Positions 21,881-27,774 of a stretch of DNA of 64,000 nucleotides are shown here, one piece after another (position 1 is the stretch's first letter; each line of letters begins with the position of its first letter). Both the position numbers and the translations under genes were made by a program. Under the pieces are notes generated by a model. That model saw only the letters and a list, made by a program, of their open reading frames with translations, did not search any database and was not told the DNA's origin. Source of the stretch: a virus; the IMG/VR virus record IMGVR_UViG_3300025840_000015, positions 32,001 to 96,000 of that record. One strand, 5' to 3'.

Positions 21881-22015
21881 CTATACTTCCTCAACCTCCA
21901 ATCCAAGGAGTTGATCAACAGTAACCTCCAAAAGTGCTGCCAATTCTTCATCACTCATCCATGTGATGTCGATCGGCATTTCTTCGATCTGTGCGGTGGT
22001 GGTGAAGTGATCCAT
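21881..22015 (-). CDS. small acidic protein (44 aa)
   Basis: MDHFTTTAQIEEMPIDITWMSDEELAALLEVTVDQLLGLEVEEV; has its own promoter and leader cassette. Confidence 0.65.
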   Translation of the reverse strand: MDHFTTTAQIEEMPIDITWMSDEELAALLEVTVDQLLGLEVEEV

Positions 22016-22101
22016 GGTTTCTGGTGGTGGTGCGGGTTCCTGTCCCGCTTGCTCTAATGGTAAAGGGTAATGGGGGCGTTGCCGCCCCCCTGGCAGACGG
22101 T

Positions 22102-22311
22102 TCAGCGATTGGCACGACGGCGGCGGATCTCATCGCCATAGGTGTGCGCCTCATCGTCGTAACGACCCTCAGCGATGGGGTTCCATCCCCGCATTGCCTC
22201 AGCGGCGCGGCGGGCATCCTGGGCGCTCCAGAGCAGCGCCTCATCGCTCATGCTCTTGGCACGTGCCTCCCAAGTGGCGAAATCAGCGGCGGTGGCGTAA
22301 GTGGCGATCAT
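22102..22311 (-). CDS. hypothetical early protein (69 aa)
   Basis: MIATYATAADFATWEARAK...; ATG at 22311 just downstream of TACAAT (22336-22341). Confidence 0.7.
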   Translation of the reverse strand: MIATYATAADFATWEARAKSMSDEALLWSAQDARRAAEAMRGWNPIAEGRYDDEAHTYGDEIRRRRANR

Positions 22312-22452
22312 GGTCCGGTGGTGTGAACTGCGATAATTGTAGCAGATAATTGGGGGGGGAGAGAGGAGGAGATCGATCGAATCCCCATTGTGACGATTTA
22401 TGAACAGTCCACCGATTGTCTGATTCTGGCGCCGGGCGCGTGTAGAATAAGG

Positions 22453-22511
22453 GGACAATCAGATGAGGGGTGGGGTAACCCCGTTGATGAAATGGTCGCC
22501 ACGCCCCCTGC
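22453..22511 (+). ncRNA. candidate structured small RNA, copy A
   Basis: follows TAGAAT (22443); similar in sequence and fold to 24622-24682 with compensatory changes. Confidence 0.55.
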
Positions 22512-22606
22512 GCAATTTTATTTGCGAACAATTGTGAAATGTGTTGACCCGACCGGATCCCCTATGCTAGGATTGGGGTAGAACCTTTTGTATGTTACGG
22601 ATTGTT

Positions 22607-22631
22607 AAAGAAAGGGGGCGTTGCCGCCCCG
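22607..22631 (-). terminator. intrinsic terminator
   Basis: - strand GGGGCG-GCAA-CGCCCC-CTTTCTTT just after the stop at 22639. Confidence 0.75.
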
Positions 22632-22638
22632 TTGTGGT

Positions 22639-22926
22639 TCAATGGAAAAAGTCGTAAGGCGTTTGCTCTGTCGGATCATATCCCTCCCAGAGCATTGCTA
22701 CAGTGCTAGCAATGCTGCGCTCTGCCTTCCAGCAGTCTAGGATGACATCCAGTGCCCAACCGTCATCAAGGGTGGCAGGGGGGCATTCCTGCGCCTCCAC
22801 AGCATCCCAGAACTCTCCAAAGGACTCATCCTGCCAGCAGGATTCGGAATCCAGCGCCATGCGCCGGTTGTATTCTTGGCGCTCTTGGCGCTCCATCTCT
22901 GCAAGGGTGCTGTTGTGAAAATCCAT
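22639..22926 (-). CDS. acidic early protein (95 aa)
   Basis: MDFHNSTLAEMERQ...; TTGACC-17-TATACT promoter at 22956-22984 places the start at 22926. Confidence 0.7.
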   Translation of the reverse strand: MDFHNSTLAEMERQERQEYNRRMALDSESCWQDESFGEFWDAVEAQECPPATLDDGWALDVILDCWKAERSIASTVAMLWEGYDPTEQTPYDFFH

Positions 22927-23001
22927 GGTTCCGGTGTGGTGCGGTTTGCTTTGAAAGTATAGAGGCAAAGGGAGCAGGGGTCAACCTGCCCCCCGTAGGG
23001 A

Positions 23002-23175
23002 TCAGACCGTCTGATCCTTAATGGCATCATGTACCTCTCCCAGCATGTCATACCAACGGGTTAGACCTTTTTGACCCATTTCGTGCCCTTTGGCGGACAG
23101 GAGCGCGATTCGGATCGTATCCCAATCGCCTGCGGCAAGGGTGACGGTTTTGTTTTTGGTGGTGGTGGTGCTCAT
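23002..23175 (-). CDS. hypothetical early protein (57 aa)
   Basis: MSTTTTKNKTVTLAAGDWDTIRIALLSAKGHEMGQKGLTRWYDMLGEVHDAIKDQTV; has its own promoter cassette. Confidence 0.7.
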   Translation of the reverse strand: MSTTTTKNKTVTLAAGDWDTIRIALLSAKGHEMGQKGLTRWYDMLGEVHDAIKDQTV

Positions 23176-23264
23176 CAGTCTCGGGTGTGGTGCGGGTTCC
23201 TGTCCCGCTTGAGCATATCCTACATCAGAAGGGGGGATCCGTCATCCCCCCCAGTGGACGGTGG

Positions 23265-23927
23265 TCAGACCGTCACAATCCTGTCTGCCTTTTTCTTTGC
23301 TGTTCCATGCGACGGAAAACATACAATAACGTTACGGTCGGAGTTAGCACAAATGCCGCAAGTTGCACATGTAACATTATCATGAATCTTTGCAGGGCAG
23401 ACTACACATTTGCGACCGTTGGTTGTTGTGAAGAACCGGCGCGATTCTGTGGAGGGAACAACAGCAACGGCAGGGATTCCGTGCTCTGTCATCACTTTAT
23501 CAGCAACCTCTACAGACTCACAGGATGCAGAGATTGTGAAACCTTTGCTGTTTGCTTCCTTGATAATTTCAAGGTTCTCAGTGTTGAGAACGTGGTGAGT
23601 GTAAGTGTAACCTTTGCGCCCTTTGTTTGCTGCCACCAGATCAGCAACACTGGCGCGATCGATGTTCCCATCAACATGGGGCAGATCACCGGATACGTTG
23701 TGGCGCCAGATCTGACCGCGTGCAATCCGGCGAACCTTAGAGAGGAATTCCTCCCATACAATGCCGGTTTCGGATACCTTGCGCCATGCCGCGCCCTGGA
23801 AGTGGAATTTGGCGTAGCACGCTTCCGCCATGGGGCAGGTAGCGGGGCAGGATGCCTGTTCAGTGGTGCTGGCAGGGATCCTGCCAAGTTGGGCGTTGCT
23901 GCTGGCGGGGTTGAAAGAGACGCGCAT
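23265..23927 (-). CDS. Cys-rich GP88/DUF7227-like protein (possible Fe-S, radical-SAM-related)
   Basis: SCPATCP...CYA, RHNVSGD, YTYTH, CPA...TCATCGIC...HG motifs. Confidence 0.7.
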   Translation of the reverse strand: MRVSFNPASSNAQLGRIPASTTEQASCPATCPMAEACYAKFHFQGAAWRKVSETGIVWEEFLSKVRRIARGQIWRHNVSGDLPHVDGNIDRASVADLVAANKGRKGYTYTHHVLNTENLEIIKEANSKGFTISASCESVEVADKVMTEHGIPAVAVVPSTESRRFFTTTNGRKCVVCPAKIHDNVTCATCGICANSDRNVIVCFPSHGTAKKKADRIVTV

Positions 23928-23997
23928 TGGTGTGGTTGCGACTGATCAAACAATAACAGGGGGGAGAGCGCCTGCCAACCCCCCTAGTGGACGGTTA

Positions 23998-24477
23998 TCA
24001 GATCGCCACACCATCCTGGCGAAGGCGATCCACAAGACGGGATGCCATGGCGCCACAATGGGGGCACTTTGTGGCGTATTTGATCTCTGATTTAATTTTA
24101 TGATCTTTCACCCGTGCGAACTTATAACGATAAACTTTGCTAAGTGTAAGCATTGCCTGCCTTTTTGTAATGTCGTTTTCATCAATCTCACGGTAGATTG
24201 TCACCAGATTGTGATAGGACAGGGTAGGATTACGGCGGATTTGATTCAATCGTGAAACTGCAAGTTTGGCGAATACTGCATCACCAGTAGTTTCAGTGAC
24301 TACATCAATCAGATAATCGTGAAAAGCAATAAGTTCTTCTTCTTTCTTTTGCTGCTGTTCTTTCTGTTCTTCCTCTTTCTTGATTGATTCGATCTGGGAG
24401 GTAATTTCCCGGAAAGATTCCACGAACTGCTTCTGCAGTTCGTTCAGGTTTGCGGTGAGAGTTTGGAGGTCGCTCAT
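23998..24477 (-). CDS. hypothetical early protein with N-terminal coiled coil (159 aa)
   Basis: start MSDLQTL at 24477 after the leader and promoter; C-terminal CPHC. Confidence 0.7.
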   Translation of the reverse strand: MSDLQTLTANLNELQKQFVESFREITSQIESIKKEEEQKEQQQKKEEELIAFHDYLIDVVTETTGDAVFAKLAVSRLNQIRRNPTLSYHNLVTIYREIDENDITKRQAMLTLSKVYRYKFARVKDHKIKSEIKYATKCPHCGAMASRLVDRLRQDGVAI

Positions 24478-24621
24478 TGTTCTGGGTTGGGGTGGAATCG
24501 GATCCGTTTGTCCGATGGGCACAGTATGCCCCGGCAAGACGGGGCAGATCAACCAACCCTGTGCCACTACCAGAACCGTCCACAAGGGCGTTGTAAGGTC
24601 TTAAAATGCTCTATTGTATGG

Positions 24622-24682
24622 GGACAATCGAAAGAGGGGAGGGGTATCCCTGTAGACGACAATACATCGCCACCGCCCCTGC
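24622..24682 (+). ncRNA. candidate structured small RNA, copy B
   Basis: follows TATTGT (24612); homologous to 22453-22511. Confidence 0.55.
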
Positions 24683-24707
24683 CATAAAATAATTGTTTCA
24701 ATATGTT

Positions 24708-24738
24708 AAAAAAAAGGATCCCGCACCACCAGGATCCT
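24708..24738 (-). terminator. intrinsic terminator with UGGUGGUGC loop
   Basis: - strand AGGATCC-TGGTGGTGCG-GGATCCT followed by a T run. Confidence 0.7.
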
Positions 24739-24882
24739 CTAGACTCCAATCACCAGATACGCTATACCCATATTTTATCTTAACGTTCTCGCAGAGTGAC
24801 TTTTTTTTTCTTTACAATGTGGGCAAACTCCTTCCCACACGGATAACTTTATTTTAGAGAGGCAAATCCCTTCCTCTTAAGA

Positions 24883-25077
24883 TTATTGTATCATCCAATG
24901 TGGGTCATTGTCAAGTGCAACCCAGAAAAAGTTACGATTGTTTGCACTTCTTAAGAATAGTTTGTTGTTCACGATTTGTTCAATAATGCATACAGAATCG
25001 CGTGCCATTAAATTGGCGAATCTGTTTTTTGCTTTTGATGAAATCGGTTTGACTTGAATGGTTTCCATGATGTCCAT
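24883..25077 (-). CDS. conserved cyanophage hypothetical protein
   Basis: VKPISSKAKNRFANLM...FFWV...DPHW; TATAAT box at 25090-25095. Confidence 0.75.
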   Translation of the reverse strand: MDIMETIQVKPISSKAKNRFANLMARDSVCIIEQIVNNKLFLRSANNRNFFWVALDNDPHWMIQ

Positions 25078-25107
25078 TGCAATGTGTTCATTATAATGGA
25101 TGGTGAT

Positions 25108-25162
25108 AATCTCGTCGAGATTGTGTGTGCCAATTGTTATGGTGTCACAATCTCGACGAGAT
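25108..25162. promoter_or_regulatory. pair of ATCTCGWCGAGAT palindromes flanking the GTG..CAC early-promoter dyad
   Basis: palindromes at 25108-25122 and 25150-25162; dyad GTGCCAATTGTTATGGTGTCAC at 25127-25148. Confidence 0.65.
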
Positions 25163-25171
25163 CCTTTTAGA

Positions 25172-25393
25172 TCACTGCTTGACGAGAGTCAGTTGATTCT
25201 CACGCAGTGCATTGTTGAAAAACTTACCAACGCTACCATCAGAATTGATGGTTTCCGTCAGAGTCGAAATAAACTGTTCTGCATTAACCACACCGTAGGT
25301 ATAGTCTCGACCACCAGTAAAGGTGACGGTCACTTGATCATCGACAACATCAGAGATAGATTCGATGGCGGAAGAAGTGAACTTAGGGAACAT
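25172..25393 (-). CDS. KTSC-like domain protein
   Basis: SSAIESI...VTVTFTGGRDYTY...SVGKFFN pattern. Confidence 0.7.
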   Translation of the reverse strand: MFPKFTSSAIESISDVVDDQVTVTFTGGRDYTYGVVNAEQFISTLTETINSDGSVGKFFNNALRENQLTLVKQ

Positions 25394-25464
25394 GATTTAG
25401 AATTGTGTAAAGGAACAGATGGAGTCTTTAGGGCGCTGCCGTTCCCTGTGTGATCAGTCTAGCA

Positions 25465-25611
25465 TCAGAACTCGATGGTGTCTAGTGTAGGACAAACAGT
25501 TTCGCCAGATTCACAAGTGTCACTCCCATCACAGAGAACATCAAGAATTCGAAGGATTTCTGATCCATTGGAACCTTTGCGGAGTGCGTGGATGTAAAGT
25601 TCTTTAGTCAT
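25465..25611 (-). CDS. hypothetical protein (48 aa)
   Basis: MTKELYIHALRKGSNGSEILRILD...; TAGAAT box at 25635-25640. Confidence 0.65.
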   Translation of the reverse strand: MTKELYIHALRKGSNGSEILRILDVLCDGSDTCESGETVCPTLDTIEF

Positions 25612-25681
25612 TGTTGCCTTTGGTTGACTCTGTAATTCTAAGGGCATGGCGGGGACATTGCTGCCCCCCTTGTGCCACTGC

Positions 25682-26188
25682 TCAGACTGTCATAAGGAGA
25701 GCAGGTTGTTCTGTAACGAAATCATACTCTTGGGTGTTAGTGTCACCCCAACCCAGTTTCCAACACTGCCATCCCAAACCAGGAGTAAACAGATAGCACC
25801 ATTCCTCTCCACAATCACCTGAGAGAAACTCATCGAAGTTGCTCATCCTAGGAGGAGCATCTTCACCTCGCTCACTATAATACAGTGGAGCAGGTTTTGC
25901 TTTTACTGGAGAATAGACCCACTGTTCATTATCAGTGGTGATATATTCTACAGTTCTGTTACCCTCAGAATCATAGATCTCTTTTTTGAGAGGAACAGAA
26001 TCCCAACGATGTGTGGTGTGCAACTGCCCCATATCACCACCGTTGATGAGTTCTTCTACCTGTTCTTTATACAGGTAGTTGTCAATAAGTTGGCGACCAT
26101 TGTGTTGAATGTAACCATCATAATGACAGTAAACACTAATGATTTGATCGGGTCCGAGAGCAAGACCGATGCGAGAGCGAGTTCCCAT
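25682..26188 (-). CDS. conserved phage hypothetical protein (YCHxDGY family)
   Basis: MGTRSRIG...SVYCHYDGY...EELINGGDM...EWCYLF. Confidence 0.75.
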   Translation of the reverse strand: MGTRSRIGLALGPDQIISVYCHYDGYIQHNGRQLIDNYLYKEQVEELINGGDMGQLHTTHRWDSVPLKKEIYDSEGNRTVEYITTDNEQWVYSPVKAKPAPLYYSERGEDAPPRMSNFDEFLSGDCGEEWCYLFTPGLGWQCWKLGWGDTNTQEYDFVTEQPALLMTV

Positions 26189-26254
26189 GGTGTGTTGGGT
26201 GAACTGAGATCAGTGTAGCAGGTTTGGGGGATGCTGTCATCCCCCTGTCAGGAA

Positions 26255-26431
26255 TCAGTAACTCAGATCCTCCAGATATTCTGTGAAGATTTCTGACACT
26301 TCATCCCATTGGGCGTCCGTCAGAAAACCGCACTGATCCTCCATCCAGTTGGAAACCATAGACCAGTCTGCATCCATCTCTTGGATGAACTGGGGCAGGG
26401 ACTGGAGAGCACTGATGAAATTAGAAGTCAT
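26255..26431 (-). CDS. hyperacidic small protein (58 aa)
   Basis: MTSNFISALQSLPQFIQEMDADWSMVSNWMEDQCGFLTDAQWDEVSEIFTEYLEDLSY; no Lys or Arg. Confidence 0.65.
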   Translation of the reverse strand: MTSNFISALQSLPQFIQEMDADWSMVSNWMEDQCGFLTDAQWDEVSEIFTEYLEDLSY

Positions 26432-26555
26432 GGTCGGAGTTGAGTTCCTGTTGAAAGTCTAGCATGGATTCCTGCATTTCGGGGATGTCGAAGATCTCAC
26501 CCGGAGAATCCATGATCTCATTCCAGAGATCAGTGTCGATCAGATCAAATTCCAT
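26421..26555 (-). CDS. hyperacidic small protein (44 aa)
   Basis: MEFDLIDTDLWNEIMDSPGEIFDIPEMQESMLDFQQELNSDHDF; overlaps both neighbours as in a coupled operon. Confidence 0.65.
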   Translation of the reverse strand: MEFDLIDTDLWNEIMDSPGEIFDIPEMQESMLDFQQELNSDHDF

Positions 26556-26739
26556 GAAGATTCTTAAGGTCTTGGATGGTGTGAGAGAGACCTGCCTTGC
26601 AGTATCCTACAGCATATGGGTAGGAACAGTCAAGATCACAGTCAGGTTTTGTTAGGTCTTGGGGACGTGCTGAGTATAGAACTTTTTGCATCCATTCCAG
26701 TTCCTGAATGATTTTTTCCAGTTTGGTTTTGTCGGTCAT
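26545..26739 (-). CDS. hypothetical protein
   Basis: ORF track; SYPYAVGY motif; promoter cassette at 26764-26822. Confidence 0.7.
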   Translation of the reverse strand: MTDKTKLEKIIQELEWMQKVLYSARPQDLTKPDCDLDCSYPYAVGYCKAGLSHTIQDLKNLHGI

Positions 26740-26818
26740 TGGAGTTGGGTTCCGAACAAACGAATCATCTCACGGATTCCGGAGGGATGCAACGTGCCAG
26801 TGGACAGTCTATAAAGTG

Positions 26819-26944
26819 TCACCTGCGATAGGGAGAACTCCACCATTTGCGGTATGCAGTGTAAAGAATCACTGCAGTCGAAACGATACCGACCAGACCC
26901 AGAACTGTCACAGGGTCGCCGGAGAAATCATAAGTGTCTGGCAT
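26819..26944 (-). CDS. small membrane protein (41 aa)
   Basis: MPDTYDFSGDPVTVLGLVGIVSTAVILYTAYRKWWSSPYRR; one hydrophobic helix. Confidence 0.6.
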   Translation of the reverse strand: MPDTYDFSGDPVTVLGLVGIVSTAVILYTAYRKWWSSPYRR

Positions 26945-26950
26945 AATGAA

Positions 26951-27103
26951 TCAAAAAAACGGATCAACTTCGCGAATTGTAACATCAACTTCCTCTCCAC
27001 CTTCAAGACCTAAAAGGTCTCTCCAGTCGAGTTTGTCAATGTCCAGATCATCATAACATGCAATGTCAAGTGTGACTGTGACTAAACGCTTTTGTGCTAG
27101 CAT
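26951..27103 (-). CDS. hypothetical protein (50 aa)
   Basis: MLAQKRLVTVTLDIACYDDLDIDKLDWRDLLGLEGGEEVDVTIREVDPFF. Confidence 0.65.
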   Translation of the reverse strand: MLAQKRLVTVTLDIACYDDLDIDKLDWRDLLGLEGGEEVDVTIREVDPFF

Positions 27104-27133
27104 GTGTCTTATGAGTATTGTTGATGTATTGTA

Positions 27134-27301
27134 TCATGCATAATGCTTATATGCAAGATCCTGATAGTCATTGTCACACCTATCATAATCCTCATCATTG
27201 TCGTCATAAGACTCAAGACGAGAATAATGTTCGTAGTATGAGTCTTCGTCAAGACAATGATCATTGATGGTGATGTAGTCGAGATCGTAGTCGTCGTACA
27301 T
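27134..27301 (-). CDS. Asp/Tyr-rich micro-protein (55 aa)
   Basis: MYDDYDLDYITINDHCLDEDSYYEHYSRLESYDDNDEDYDRCDNDYQDLAYKHYA; first gene after TTGTAT-17-TACAAT. Confidence 0.6.
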   Translation of the reverse strand: MYDDYDLDYITINDHCLDEDSYYEHYSRLESYDDNDEDYDRCDNDYQDLAYKHYA

Positions 27302-27303
27302 AA

Positions 27304-27389
27304 CTCGTCGAGATTCTACTGTTTACTTGTGTATTGTAGCATGATTCTCGTCGAGATACAACTAATTGCCTGATATATTCTCGTCGAGA
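27304..27389. promoter_or_regulatory. three CTCGTCGAG palindromes overlapping the leftward promoter
   Basis: 27304-27312, 27346-27356 (in the promoter spacer) and 27379-27389. Confidence 0.65.
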
Positions 27390-27476
27390 TCTCATACCAT
27401 ATATGTATAAAAACGTCAAGGAATTGTGTGGATTTGCAAATTTTTATGTCTGGATGTGAAGATTTTTGCCGGGCGC

Positions 27477-27505
27477 TTGACATTTTCGGCGTCTTGTGAT
27501 AGTGC
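27477..27505 (+). promoter_or_regulatory. putative rightward sigma70 promoter firing into the repeat array
   Basis: TTGACA-17 nt-TAGTGC with extended TG; the -10 match is weak. Confidence 0.45.
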
Positions 27506-27533
27506 GCACGCCAAACTCACAAGACCTGGGCAC

Positions 27534-27643
27534 ATTACCATAAGATATAAGAGTTATTACCATAAGATACCAGGCACATTACCATAAGATATAAGAACCA
27601 TTATCATAAGATATAAAAGTTATTATCATAAGATATAAGAGTT
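27534..27643 (+). repeat. 5 x 22-bp tandem repeat (iteron-like)
   Basis: ATTAYCATAAGATA plus 8 semi-variable nt, units starting at 27534, 27556, 27578, 27600, 27622. Confidence 0.9.
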
Positions 27644-27774
27644 CAAAACCCTTTATTTATACAATTTAACTTCATTTTAATCTCTTATATCCTGATTTCA
27701 ACAAAAAATGCCCAAAAAAGCACTGTTACAATATAAATTACATACATACAATACAGTTAAACACTATTGCCCCA

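Noticed and set aside
22453-22511. Hammerhead ribozyme (TTGATGA)
   Set aside because: Core CUGANGA/GAAA not properly present and not conserved in copy B
24815-24880. c-di-GMP-I riboswitch (GGCAAA motifs on +)
   Set aside because: Lacks the GNRA tetraloop/receptor architecture and a downstream gene in that orientation
21281-26822. NtcA or CRP boxes as the identity of the early-promoter dyad
   Set aside because: Spacing GTG-N16/17-CAC does not fit GTA-N8-TAC or TGTGA-N6-TCACA
20260-27400. GATC/HIP1 enrichment in the early island
   Set aside because: GATC looks frequent but is also common in late genes, and no full GCGATCGC was seen; needs a proper count
27534-27643. Mini-CRISPR array
   Set aside because: Constant part is only about 14 nt, the variable part is 8 nt and recurs between units, and there are no cas genes; this is a tandem repeat
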